A stretch of 64,000 nt of DNA from a virus (taxonomy: Duplodnaviria; Caudoviricetes), in the IMG/VR virus record IMGVR_UViG_2639762749_000010, positions 1 through 64,000 of that record. One strand, written 5' to 3'. Of the stretch, positions 18,767-28,218 are shown in pieces. The position numbers and the translations under genes were made by a program. Under the pieces are notes generated by a model. It saw only the letters and a program-made list of their open reading frames with translations, did not search any database and was not told the DNA's origin. The first letter of the stretch is position 1; each line of letters starts with the position of its first letter.

Positions 18767-18970
18767 GTGCGGGCCGTTAATGGATAAATACTGCAACATG
18801 CTCGGCATGGCTCAGGATCACAGCGGATTGAACCGACAGACAAATCTTCCAGCCTAAAATACCGGCTATGATAGAAATGCCCACATGATGATTCAGTTGG
18901 TATAGAGTTAACTTTCATGTGTTATATCTACAAAAGCAAATCAGAAAACAACAAAACGAAGGGGCTATAA

Positions 18971-19246
18971 ATGGAAGACAGGCTAAAATTTAAAGCGTTT
19001 ATTCAGAGACATGACCCAGAGTTCGTTGAGTTTTGGGATTGGAAGGCCGGTAATCTTCTTAAAGAGAAAGTCGAAGAGAAGATAGATCTATTAAGCCCAG
19101 GTGAAAAACACATGCTTAAATTTTATCTTGGTGTTTGGACGCGTGATAATGAATATAATTTCGATTTTATTCAAGCCATGCGTTACCTCGATGACAAACA
19201 TTCCTCTGCTATTCGTGAATGGGTGAATAACCCGATCTGGCCTTAA
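18971..19246 (+). CDS. Hypothetical Trp-rich protein, paralogous to the C-terminal domain of 33658..34188
   Basis: Shared pattern EFW.W...LS..EK...KF...VWT..N..NFD...W...P.WP. Confidence 0.75.
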   Translation: MEDRLKFKAFIQRHDPEFVEFWDWKAGNLLKEKVEEKIDLLSPGEKHMLKFYLGVWTRDNEYNFDFIQAMRYLDDKHSSAIREWVNNPIWP

Positions 19247-19314
19247 TAAGTTAGCTCAGGCTGAATCAGTCATATAGGGATCGGTTCCGGTAGGGGGCGA
19301 TCCCGATTATTGCT

Positions 19315-19533
19315 TTATTTCTGAATCTTTCCCTCGTATCGACTCGGCCAGATTTCTGACGGATGCACGCCGATATGTTCTGCAATGAGCCGCTGGCCTT
19401 TCGGATAGCGACGGTGTATAGCATTTTGTAACGTCGCTGAACTCAAACCAGATCGGCGTGATAACTCAGATAAACTGATCCCTGTTTTGCGTACTGCGGC
19501 TACAATATCAGCGGGATGCCAATCACTCTTCAT
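19315..19533 (-). CDS. Ner/Nlp (SfsB) family HTH regulator
   Basis: DWHPADIVAAVRK.G.SL..LSR..GLS..TL.NA..R.YPKG..LIA..IG..P.EIWPSRY. Confidence 0.92.
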   Translation of the reverse strand: MKSDWHPADIVAAVRKTGISLSELSRRSGLSSATLQNAIHRRYPKGQRLIAEHIGVHPSEIWPSRYEGKIQK

Positions 19534-19814
19534 AATCAGCCCTTATTTTAGCGTCATTAATGAATATTCCAGAATAAGTGTAGCCAGTAACCGATAAAAT
19601 GGTAAAACGCCCATTTCCCCGAACGCCGCCTAAAGATAATGTAGAGATAAAATAGGTTTAAACAGCAGGGAAATGCGAGTCGTTACCCATCGCATCTTGT
19701 TAAATTTTTCTGCCAAAAAGTCCATGAAATGAAAAAGGTCACATTGATATTATTTTCTACAATTGATATCTATAAAAGAGTAAATCGATAGTAATACCTT
19801 AATTTTAGGCAGTT

Positions 19815-20222
19815 ATGGGAGATCTTATGGTTCATTCTATTTGTAGAAATGTAGGTGAACGTATCAGAAAACAGCGAAAAAAGAAGGGGGTAACAACCCA
19901 ATATTTGGCTGAAAGAATGGGCCTTTCCCAACAGCAAGTAGCTAGGTTTGAGAAAGGGATCAATAAAATCAATGTGGGTTATCTTGCTATAATCGCCCGT
20001 GAATTAAATACGCCTATTAGCTGGTTTTTTTCCGATTGTTATGCTGACTTAGAAGATAAAGATTTCCCTTCTAATTTAGCAGGCAGTGAAACCAGTATTA
20101 CTTCATATGAACTGGCGAAAGATGTAGAGCTAAAAGAACAAATTGATCAAATTTGGTCGAGATTAACATATAAGCAACGTCGAACTCTGATATTACGTTT
20201 GAATGAGTTACTCAATGACTAA
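19815..20222 (+). CDS. XRE-family HTH regulator, MrpJ-like
   Basis: VGERIR..RK..G.T...LA..MGLSQQQVARFEKG.NKI...L..IA..L.TPISWFF. Confidence 0.85.
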   Translation: MGDLMVHSICRNVGERIRKQRKKKGVTTQYLAERMGLSQQQVARFEKGINKINVGYLAIIARELNTPISWFFSDCYADLEDKDFPSNLAGSETSITSYELAKDVELKEQIDQIWSRLTYKQRRTLILRLNELLND

Positions 20223-20451
20223 TATCGGTATTGCTGATTTTAGTATAAATACCAGTATTTATACTATCAGCATAATTCTACTCATAGACATTGACAACCG
20301 AATAATCCTAATCTCAATGAGTACTAAATCAGGAACAAGATTTAGTACTTGTAGACACAACGGCTAATCAGTGCGTAGCCAGAGCTTTATAGAAATTAGG
20401 GTTGTCTTGGATGATAGCTAACACCTTTGCTGCGAGTCCTGTCGGAGACAG

Positions 20452-20751
20452 TTATAGCTTCGCATTCATCTCATTTGTTCGTTGATTCTTACTATTACAC
20501 TCTGCCAGCGACCGCCTAACTTTTTCCTTATAAACCACATTATCCCCCCAAAGCGCCGTGTTGTCGGCTGGTAGGGTACACATCACCGCTTTTATAGCGG
20601 GTGGTCGTTTAGTTTCCATCCGCTTTTCAACCACCATAACGCCGGTTGAAGTCGGCTGTGCGTTGGTGTTGCAACCGGATAATGTCATCAGGCATACGCT
20701 GATTAGCGCACTGAGCATGAGCCAGCATGGTTTTAAATTGTCTGATAGCAC
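20452..20751 (-). CDS. Outer-membrane spanin lipoprotein (Rz1-like)
   Basis: Signal peptide with lipobox LSGC, Pro-rich segment and C-terminal CN; overlaps the i-spanin gene. True start may be near 20718. Confidence 0.75.
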   Translation of the reverse strand: MLSDNLKPCWLMLSALISVCLMTLSGCNTNAQPTSTGVMVVEKRMETKRPPAIKAVMCTLPADNTALWGDNVVYKEKVRRSLAECNSKNQRTNEMNAKL

Positions 20752-21079
20752 TATTACTTTCCTCTTGTTGCTGCTTAATTTCTTTCTCTAAATTTTTCTG
20801 AGATTCTTCTAATTCAATTAACCGGTTATCGCGTGCGGCAATATCACCATTCAGGAGGCGTATATTTTCATTTTGAGAACCGATAACGGTTTTTAGGCTG
20901 TTATTCTCATTGGATAATACAGAATTAGCCTTATTTAGCGCTGTAACACTCTTTGTGAGGCTTTCGTATTTGCTGTAGGCAAGATATCCGCCAAGACAGA
21001 GAGCACCCAGTATCATGCCAATGCAGCCGAATTTGAGTGATTTTACGGTAGAAAATGGACTCATCCCGCCAAGTAACAT
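20627..21079 (-). CDS. Inner-membrane spanin (Rz-like)
   Basis: N-terminal TM helix, coiled coil and CANQRMPDDIIRL C-terminal motif. Confidence 0.78.
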   Translation of the reverse strand: MLLGGMSPFSTVKSLKFGCIGMILGALCLGGYLAYSKYESLTKSVTALNKANSVLSNENNSLKTVIGSQNENIRLLNGDIAARDNRLIELEESQKNLEKEIKQQQEESNSAIRQFKTMLAHAQCANQRMPDDIIRLQHQRTADFNRRYGG

Positions 21080-21087
21080 GATGGCTC

Positions 21088-21834
21088 CTATGACAATGCC
21101 GAAATGACAGATGCAGGCGTCACTGCTTTTAAGGCATCAACCATGACAGGGCTTTCAATCAAACCGGAAATGATTGAAACGCTGACGGCATCACTAAAGG
21201 ATTTTTGCGCGTGATTGGCAGAATCATTAGCCTGAGTTGCTAATCGATTAATGGCCTCCGTTGCTTTATTCAGGCTGTCCAGCGAACGTGCTAATGCTTC
21301 GGCGGCGTGGTTAAGCCTGCTCGTCTGCTCGTCAGTCAGTCTTGAAACAAGACCACCAGCCCCAAGGCTATTAGCCAAGATTGGATTGATCTCATCCATT
21401 GCCGCCTTGATATCGCCAGTTTGGATGCCTGCAACAAGCTGGTTTTGTACGGTGGTGATTTCGGTATCAGCAATAGCCTCAATCAAATGAAATGGGGTAC
21501 TGTCAGGTAAAAGGTTGCCTTTTAAATAACATGTCCAGCCAATCCGCATTTGGATCAATTGGGACGGATTTTGATAGCTATTGATTGCATTATGGAAAGC
21601 ATTTGCCGCGTTTGCAGAAACCGTTAATTTGCCGATGGCATCAGTGATCTTGCTCAAGGCGTGAGTTACTGACGCTGGATAGGTCGTTTCCTTCTTCACG
21701 AGTTTACGAAGCGATGAGGCTTTTTCGATGGCACTGGCTGCTGTCGATTTGGATATGGTCAGTGCGGCTGGTGGGTGTAGTCCTTCAGCGCCCAACGCCC
21801 TGAATGCGGCGATTTGTTTTTCATTGTCTAACAT
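21088..21834 (-). CDS. upfB: UpfB-like virion/tail protein
   Basis: Ala-rich helical 248 aa with IGW..Y motif; follows the PAAR gene as in P1. Confidence 0.65.
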   Translation of the reverse strand: MLDNEKQIAAFRALGAEGLHPPAALTISKSTAASAIEKASSLRKLVKKETTYPASVTHALSKITDAIGKLTVSANAANAFHNAINSYQNPSQLIQMRIGWTCYLKGNLLPDSTPFHLIEAIADTEITTVQNQLVAGIQTGDIKAAMDEINPILANSLGAGGLVSRLTDEQTSRLNHAAEALARSLDSLNKATEAINRLATQANDSANHAQKSFSDAVSVSIISGLIESPVMVDALKAVTPASVISALS

Positions 21835-21835
21835 A

Positions 21836-22120
21836 TTAACTCACCTTAAAAGAAGCGTCCCCAGACACCACAACAGAGCCACACGAAACCGGATCATCAA
21901 CACAACAAATGGCTTTCCCGTTCACCGTAAACCACGGTCTTGTGCTGATGGCTGTTCCATTATGCGTACTGTTACTATCAGAGTGATCAGGAAATACATT
22001 CCCGTCTACAAGCACAGGAATACCATTGATTTTTACCAGAGCTTCACCTTCAGATGAAGGGCGGGGCGGAAATCCACCGTGCCCGGAACAAATCGAATTC
22101 TGAGTACCAACGGCTGACAT
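21836..22120 (-). CDS. upfC: PAAR spike-tip protein
   Basis: CSGHGGFPPR...VKING.PV...GN...H...H...VNGK....D.VSCG; likely ATG at 22120. Confidence 0.9.
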   Translation of the reverse strand: MSAVGTQNSICSGHGGFPPRPSSEGEALVKINGIPVLVDGNVFPDHSDSNSTHNGTAISTRPWFTVNGKAICCVDDPVSCGSVVVSGDASFKVS

Positions 22121-22122
22121 GT

Positions 22123-22980
22123 TTAACCTTCCATAAAACAAATGAGATCGCTTATTGCACCACGAGTTGCACTTTTACAACTTATCGTTCTGCGCGCATT
22201 GAGCGGATGTATTTTGAATCTCAGGGACTCGTACATTTCACGGATTTTTGGCGCTGAACTATTGGTCATGACGATATGCGCCCCACGTTGATGAGCATGA
22301 ACCAGTTCGTTTGCCAGTGTGCATTGATCTTGGAATGTGAATCCACCCGCGACATAGTTTGTGAATCCGGTCGTGTCTGGCAGGGGTTCATAGGGCGGAT
22401 CGCAAAATATCACATCTCCGGCCCCGGCACGGCGGATCGTGTCACTATAGTGGGCATGGGAAAATTCACAGCGGGGCGCAATGGAGGCAAAATGCGTTAG
22501 CTCCGCTTTAGGGAAATAAGGCGGTTTTTTGTAACGGCCATAGGCAACGTTATATTTTCCGTTTCGGTTATATCGGGTCAATCCGTTAAAACAGTGGCGG
22601 TTTAAGTACAAAAACGCCGCTGCCCGTTCCAATGATGTATAGCTCATGGCATTGAATTTTGCCCGCACATCCAGAAAGGCTTCTTGACTCTTGTTTTGCT
22701 TAAAAAAGCACTCTGCTTTATCGATCAGCACTTCATTGCTGGTGGTGGCTACCTGATAGAGATTAATCAGATCACGGTTAATATCTGCCAGTAGGTAACG
22801 CTCAAACCCCCCCGCATTCAGGAACACAGAGCCACCCCCGACAAAGGGCTCAATCAGGCGATTCCGGTGGGGCAAACGATGAAGGATTTGCTTGAGTACA
22901 GCATATTTTCCCCCCGCCCACTTCAGAAAAGGGCGATTGTATTCATTCACGGCTGGTTTACACATTGTCCTTCCCTGCAT
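22123..22980 (-). CDS. dam: Dam-family DNA adenine methyltransferase
   Basis: FLKWAGGK, EPFVGGGSV, YLNRHCFNGL.RYN and DPPY motifs. Confidence 0.95.
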   Translation of the reverse strand: MQGRTMCKPAVNEYNRPFLKWAGGKYAVLKQILHRLPHRNRLIEPFVGGGSVFLNAGGFERYLLADINRDLINLYQVATTSNEVLIDKAECFFKQNKSQEAFLDVRAKFNAMSYTSLERAAAFLYLNRHCFNGLTRYNRNGKYNVAYGRYKKPPYFPKAELTHFASIAPRCEFSHAHYSDTIRRAGAGDVIFCDPPYEPLPDTTGFTNYVAGGFTFQDQCTLANELVHAHQRGAHIVMTNSSAPKIREMYESLRFKIHPLNARRTISCKSATRGAISDLICFMEG

Positions 22981-23893
22981 TCAGCAAGCCACCCATGGCA
23001 TTAAAAATGATGTTGTAGGCAATGCGTAGCTCATTCACCATTAAGATGAAATCTGCGTATTCGCGGGATAACTCGTCTTCTTCAGCATTATTTTGCGTTG
23101 AAAATTCATCACCAAACTGGAGTTTTTTGAATTTGCATGAATCGGTGAGTTCTAAATCAAATCCGAATTGCGTCTTAACATGAATGCCAAGTGTGCAAAC
23201 CTGACGGCCTTGATCTAACAGGATGGATACGGCTTCATCGTTGGTCAGCATATCTTCTTTGTTGAAACGGACTTCCCCATCGTCATAAATCAGATCGGCT
23301 TTTTTTATCTTTTCACTGAGGCGTAATTGGGCCGGAAGGGTATCCGCCTCTTTTAACCAGCCAGTCATCACCCGTTTAAATGGATTTGCGGTTGCAATAG
23401 GGATAACAGGCAGTGAGCCAAGTGTGCGGCGCAAAAGTGCGAGTACATGCTCCGCTGTACGGGGGGAGGTGGTATCTATTGAGATTAAACCGTTATCAAT
23501 GTCAATCCATATTTGAAGGGTACTTCGCTTCGGGAATGCACGAGGTAACAGTTCCTGGATAACGTCATCTTTGATTTGAGCTATTTCAGTACGGCGTAAC
23601 TTGCGACATTGCACAGACTCGAATTTATCACGCTTTGCATGAAGGTGTTCTTTGATAATTGCGGCTGGGAGGTCTTTACTCTCTCTCTCGGCCACAATAA
23701 GCAGGTTATTGCCGTGAACAAACATCGCTGGACGATCATCATCCATCAACCAGCCGATACGGGAAGCATCATGCGGGCCACAAGGAGAAAAAGCAAAATG
23801 CGGAATAAGGGCACGTAATTCATCTTCAGTGAGGTTTGGCACTTCTCGTGATAACTGGTAGATGAGCGCGTTTTTAAAAACCTTGAACATCAA
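22958..23893 (-). CDS. rdgC: Recombination-associated protein RdgC (P1 HrdC-like)
   Basis: FKNA.IY.L, ELLPRAF, LLRRTLGSLPV.P and ADFILM motifs. Confidence 0.92.
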   Translation of the reverse strand: MMFKVFKNALIYQLSREVPNLTEDELRALIPHFAFSPCGPHDASRIGWLMDDDRPAMFVHGNNLLIVAERESKDLPAAIIKEHLHAKRDKFESVQCRKLRRTEIAQIKDDVIQELLPRAFPKRSTLQIWIDIDNGLISIDTTSPRTAEHVLALLRRTLGSLPVIPIATANPFKRVMTGWLKEADTLPAQLRLSEKIKKADLIYDDGEVRFNKEDMLTNDEAVSILLDQGRQVCTLGIHVKTQFGFDLELTDSCKFKKLQFGDEFSTQNNAEEDELSREYADFILMVNELRIAYNIIFNAMGGLLNAGKDNV

Positions 23894-23991
23894 AGTGATA
23901 CCTATTTAGCCATTTGGGTATCGATTGTAACAAAAATAAAAAAGTATTTAGAATTTTGTGTAATGGTAAAACACATAACCATTTTCTTACA

Positions 23992-24046
23992 GTTTACATC
24001 TTGTAAACCATGACGCTCAGTGTTACAGTGTTTACATTATGTAAAC
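23992..24046. promoter_or_regulatory. Two palindromic operators of the higBA promoter
   Basis: GTTTACA-TCT-TGTAAAC (23992-24008) and GTTTACA-TTA-TGTAAAC (24030-24046). Confidence 0.75.
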
Positions 24047-24059
24047 GGAGTGGGTGGGT

Positions 24060-24306
24060 ATGCACGTTATTTCCAAGGAGCCATTTGATAAAGAATTTTG
24101 ATAGTCCTATGGAGCTACAAAAACTGTTTCCTCGCCTTGATAATTTTAAATACAGAAATAAATGGTGGGTAATAGACATAGGTGGGAACAACTTACGTAT
24201 GATCGCCTATATCAATTTCACAAATAAACGCTTCTACGTTAAGCACATAGCCACCCACAAAGAGTATGATAAATTAACAAAGAAATATCGGGAGACAAAA
24301 GAATGA
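24060..24306 (+). pseudogene. higB: HigB toxin pseudogene (internal deletion/frameshift)
   Basis: ATG at 24060 reads MHVISKEPFDKEF*; the conserved C-terminal part (LDNFKY...WWVIDIGGNNLR...KHIATHKEYDK) is in another frame. Confidence 0.8.
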
Positions 24307-24722
24307 TAAGAGAACCTGCCAAAGCCATTCAAGCAGCTACAGCCTTGGTTGCCGCTATTCCCTTTTTAGGAAATAGCGCTTCTGAAAATGACTACAGAGA
24401 TGCGCTGGCAATGGTTGAATATCTCATCGAAAATGATGCTGAGAGTCCATTGATCGATATATTGGCTGCAAAAATAGCGGAGTATGAAAACAATAGCGAA
24501 CATTTTGCTGAGTTTAACAAAGCAGTTGAAAATATGCCTACTGGCGTAGCTGCTTTGCGTGTATTGATGGATCAGCATGGCCTGTCGTACTCAGATTTGA
24601 AAAAAGAGATTGGCTCAAAATCACTTATCAGCCAAATTTTTTCTGGCAAACGCTCATTAACTATTGCACATATTAAGGCACTTTCCGAACGTTTTGATGT
24701 GAAGCCAGATATCTTTCTCTGA
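24303..24722 (+). CDS. higA: HigA antitoxin (HTH)
   Basis: LRVLMDQHGL...DL..EIGSKSL.SQI.SGKRSLT..HIKALS.RF. Confidence 0.92.
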   Translation: MIREPAKAIQAATALVAAIPFLGNSASENDYRDALAMVEYLIENDAESPLIDILAAKIAEYENNSEHFAEFNKAVENMPTGVAALRVLMDQHGLSYSDLKKEIGSKSLISQIFSGKRSLTIAHIKALSERFDVKPDIFL

Positions 24723-24758
24723 GAGAAGATAAGCCTTAAATAAGCAGGAGAAAAAATT

Positions 24759-25010
24759 ATGACTAAAAATGAAAAGCAGTTTGTTGAAGATATGATTCGC
24801 CAGCGCGGTATAGACTTTGTGCGTATTGGCATGATGGTCGAGGTGTATGGTGATATTGGGACTATTACCGGTATGAATAGTAGTGCAAACCTTGATGTTG
24901 TTTTTGCTAATCAACAGAAATATGGCAAGCACTCGCATAACTGCCACCCTACAGCCAATATTAAATATTTTGATAATCAAGGTAAGGTCATTGCCTCTTA
25001 TCCTGAATAA
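24759..25010 (+). CDS. Small phage hypothetical protein
   Basis: AGGAG SD plus ATG; G.I.G.NSS.NL.V.F...NCHP pattern. Confidence 0.65.
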   Translation: MTKNEKQFVEDMIRQRGIDFVRIGMMVEVYGDIGTITGMNSSANLDVVFANQQKYGKHSHNCHPTANIKYFDNQGKVIASYPE

Positions 25011-25024
25011 ATCCCTATTAGCGG

Positions 25025-25084
25025 TGACTTCCCCCTGAGATTTTATTGTCGTTTTGCCGCCTTATTCAGAAAAAAATCACCGGT
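25025..25084. repeat. About 60-bp direct repeat of the 3' region of gene 5 (other copy 25912-25972)
   Basis: TGACTTCCCCCTGAGATTTTATTGTCGTTTTGCCGCCT(T/AC)ATTCAGAAAAAAATCACCGGT occurs at both sites. Confidence 0.95.
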
Positions 25085-25160
25085 CGAGTATCGACAAAGT
25101 TGACACTTAAAATTACAATTGATAGTGTATCTTCATTGTTGATACATTGAGGGTTTAAAA

Positions 25161-25406
25161 ATGGCACAAGTAGTCGTGAAAAAATGGGGCAACAGCCCAT
25201 CAGTACGCCTTCCGGTAGCTATCATGCAAGCTGCCTCACTAAATGTTGATGATATTGTTGATATTGCTGTCGAAGATGGGCGAATTATTATTATTCCAGT
25301 AAAGGCGAAAGAGTATTCTCTCGATACGCTATTAGCCGGAATCACACCGGAAAACATTCATGAAAAAATGGATTTTGGTTTTCCAGTGGGTAAGGAATTG
25401 ATCTGA
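25161..25406 (+). CDS. mazE: MazE/AbrB-family antitoxin
   Basis: VKKWGNSP.VRLP...YSLD.LL.GITPEN.H...DFG.PVGKE. Confidence 0.93.
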   Translation: MAQVVVKKWGNSPSVRLPVAIMQAASLNVDDIVDIAVEDGRIIIIPVKAKEYSLDTLLAGITPENIHEKMDFGFPVGKELI

Positions 25407-25738
25407 TGGTTTCTCGTTTTGTGCCCGATTCCGGCGATATTATCTGGATTGACTTTGATCCAGTGACTGGACACGAACAGGGAGGCCATCGCCCCGCAGT
25501 AGTGCTGAGTCCATTTGCATATAACAATAAAGTGGGGTTACTCCTCTGTGTTCCTTGCACCACAAAGGCAAAAAACTATCCTTTTGAAGTTGAACTGTCA
25601 GGAAGCCGTGATAGTGTCGCCTTAGCCGACCAAGTAACATGCGTTGATTGGCGAGCCAGAACAGTGACAAAGAAAGGTCATGTTAATTCTTCAGAACTGG
25701 AAGACATAAGAGCTAAAGCAAAAGCGCTTATCGGATAA
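25406..25738 (+). CDS. mazF: MazF/PemK endoribonuclease toxin
   Basis: PDSGD.IW.DFDP..G.EQ.GHRPAVVLSP..YN...CVPCTT..K.YPFEV...LADQV..DWRAR. Confidence 0.95.
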   Translation: MVSRFVPDSGDIIWIDFDPVTGHEQGGHRPAVVLSPFAYNNKVGLLLCVPCTTKAKNYPFEVELSGSRDSVALADQVTCVDWRARTVTKKGHVNSSELEDIRAKAKALIG

Positions 25739-25852
25739 CGGGGTTTTTTATACCGGCTGACAAATGCGGGAGAAATAGGAGGGTTGACGCTCAGTGGAAC
25801 GTCAACCCCTATCTGAATGGCGGGTAATGCTTCAATATGGGGTCATTAACTT

Positions 25853-26461
25853 TCATTGCGAAAAACTGAACGCGGGTGCTTTCGCTCTGAATCCCGCCGC
25901 ACTCTCAACGATGACTTCCCCCTGAGATTTTATTGTCGTTTTGCCGCCTACATTCAGAAAAAAATCACCGGTAGCATGGTGGAATACATCACCGGCTTCA
26001 TTCATCCCTATACACGCCCCGCTTGCCATATTGGTAATCGATATACCGCCACCAGCGGTATGGATAACAAGTAAGTTATTGCGCTTATACACGAAGTCTT
26101 TTGTGGGCGATAAAGCCGGCAGGGGCGGGGCACCTTCAACGGCTGGGGGGTCATAGGCTCCGCTTTGACCGGATGCTTCCGGGGCGACGTTCGGGATACC
26201 ATTGGGGGCATCCTGTGCTGCACCGGTGATCATTGGGTAGCGACTGTCGCCCCCATAGGGAAACTCAACCCACACCAGATCGCCTGTCACGGCGGGGGTA
26301 AATGCACCGCCAATTGACAGGCGATACTCAGCCCACGGCAAAGCATCATCGGGCACACCCTCCCATAATGGTAACAGCTTCACTTTTGCTTTCATGAGCC
26401 CCGCTGGGTGCTCTGTAGCGACGATGATGGCCCGATGACTACCATAGATAGCATTATTCAC
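25853..26461 (-). CDS. 5: Baseplate spike (gpV-like), P1 gp5
   Basis: LPWAEY and GDLVWVEF..GDSRYP.I.G OB-fold spike motif, plus beta-helix C-terminus. Confidence 0.88.
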   Translation of the reverse strand: MNNAIYGSHRAIIVATEHPAGLMKAKVKLLPLWEGVPDDALPWAEYRLSIGGAFTPAVTGDLVWVEFPYGGDSRYPMITGAAQDAPNGIPNVAPEASGQSGAYDPPAVEGAPPLPALSPTKDFVYKRNNLLVIHTAGGGISITNMASGACIGMNEAGDVFHHATGDFFLNVGGKTTIKSQGEVIVESAAGFRAKAPAFSFSQ

Positions 26462-27434
26462 TGGGAACCCCCAAAATCATTCTGGTGCTGTAGGCAACAC
26501 GTTCTTCAAACTGCGTCACGCGCTCCACAATCATATTCTTGGGTATCGATTCATCAATGCGGTTATCAGGATCATAACGATGAATAACCACTTGTATGAC
26601 GGAACCCGCCTGAATCGCGGGATTTCCCGCACATTCAATGTCTAACTTTGGGATCAGAACCCGCCCCATGTTTTGCAGTGTCCCTAATTCTGCATCAGAT
26701 ACCATTTTCACCGGCAGTGAAGCATCCCCGAATGAACGATAGCCATCCGTCATGGAATAACCGACATAACGATGCTGCTTTGACGCTGTAACCGCGAAAT
26801 CTGAATTAAGGTTTCTCAGCTTTGTTATGCGGTACTTCGCTTGGGGATTGTTGTACTCGTATGTGAAAGCGGGTTTTGTTTTGATAAGGTTACTCATCGA
26901 CTTCAAATGGATTTTACCTCTGGCCGTCCATGCCAACGCACCATGATCTTTTGCCACTTGTCGAACCAGGGTGGCAGGTTTTTGCCCCATGTTTAAATGA
27001 TAGGTTCCAAGGCGGTTAAAGGGCTCAGTCACCGGCTTTAACCCTTTTGCCAGCGTGCGAATAATCTTCTCTGGTTCAGCATCGGCAAAAAAACGGGGAG
27101 TGCCGGTGGGGATCAGAAGAGTCCGCATAGCCGTAGAGATGCTGGTGATTGTCACGGTATCCATATTGAGTGGGGCAGAAACGATATAGAAATCCTCTTT
27201 AAATAATGCCTGTTCCCCTCCGGGATCGCCAAGCGTGACCGTGATCACTGCACCTTCTTTTACACCCATGTTATCCAGAACGTAGCCGGTCACATCACGG
27301 ATATTCAGTAGTAAAAGTGGGGCTGCTAATTTGGCAATTTCTATATACGCTACGGAGGTGACAGATTCTCGCGGTAATACCTCACCGTTGATCTCAATAG
27401 TCTGTAAAAGAAACTGATTAGATTGCTGTGCCAT
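26454..27434 (-). CDS. 6: Baseplate hub/tail length protein, P1 gp6
   Basis: Synteny 24-6-5; YHLN.G.KP, DES.P motifs; likely ATG at 27434. Confidence 0.78.
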   Translation of the reverse strand: MAQQSNQFLLQTIEINGEVLPRESVTSVAYIEIAKLAAPLLLLNIRDVTGYVLDNMGVKEGAVITVTLGDPGGEQALFKEDFYIVSAPLNMDTVTITSISTAMRTLLIPTGTPRFFADAEPEKIIRTLAKGLKPVTEPFNRLGTYHLNMGQKPATLVRQVAKDHGALAWTARGKIHLKSMSNLIKTKPAFTYEYNNPQAKYRITKLRNLNSDFAVTASKQHRYVGYSMTDGYRSFGDASLPVKMVSDAELGTLQNMGRVLIPKLDIECAGNPAIQAGSVIQVVIHRYDPDNRIDESIPKNMIVERVTQFEERVAYSTRMILGVPSE

Positions 27435-28218
27435 GACTGTCTCTGCGTATTGTCTGTGGTGCGGTGGTGACGACGGTTTTCTCAATCTGTGGAACAACGG
27501 CATGTGCCATAATGATATCGGCCTGTACCTTTATACTGGCTTTGGCACCAAAAATGCGATCTTCCATGACAGGCAATGATACATCAGAAAAAGAAATTTC
27601 TCGGGCGGCATTGAACGCACATTCAATGTCCACCTCGGCATTGGCCATCTTTACTGACGCATGAAAGCTGGTGGCAATCATACTGGCAAAGTGGACAGCA
27701 ATGGCATTACACAGGAGTGATAAAGGCTCTTTCTCTGCTGACAATACAAAAATATCGTAAACAAGGTTGACTGGATGTGCGTCTAACACCGCAATGATCG
27801 TATCGCCTTCAAAAACTTCCCCGTATCTGTCCCGCCTTATCTGCCTGTCGTTCGGCATCACATCATAATCCATCGTGCGGGAGAGATTAATCACAGGCAG
27901 GGCTTCAGGGTTGGCATATTTGTTATCTGACTGGCTTTTTCTACCGGCTTTCGCTTGTCGCATGGTTCTAATGAAATCTTTAATGTCGTCGAAACGGCCA
28001 AGCAGGACCTGATCGCTTGATGGGCGATTGATAAACTCGACGAACCCCTGATTATGCAGATCTGGATGATTAACTTTGAGCCCTTTTAGGCTTGATGCGA
28101 TGTGATTCCCGACAGCAATATCAATGCCACGAAATCCACTGACTTCCCTTTCGCCAATGGGGTTCAGCTTCAGCGACTTAATACGCATTAAAATGTCGTG
28201 GCCTTCATCTTTGCTCAT
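27418..28218 (-). CDS. 24: Tail terminator-like protein, P1 gp24
   Basis: N.EALPVINLSR motif; synteny. Confidence 0.75.
   Translation of the reverse strand: MSKDEGHDILMRIKSLKLNPIGEREVSGFRGIDIAVGNHIASSLKGLKVNHPDLHNQGFVEFINRPSSDQVLLGRFDDIKDFIRTMRQAKAGRKSQSDNKYANPEALPVINLSRTMDYDVMPNDRQIRRDRYGEVFEGDTIIAVLDAHPVNLVYDIFVLSAEKEPLSLLCNAIAVHFASMIATSFHASVKMANAEVDIECAFNAAREISFSDVSLPVMEDRIFGAKASIKVQADIIMAHAVVPQIEKTVVTTAPQTIRRDSHGTAI

Noticed and set aside
21836-22120. PAAR gene as evidence of a T6SS or eCIS locus
   Set aside because: Capsid, portal and terminase genes are present; PAAR is the normal spike tip of P1-like phages.
24010-24306. 98-aa ORF as an intact HigB
   Set aside because: Its N-terminus is translated operator DNA; the family N-terminus (MHVISK) is in a different frame.
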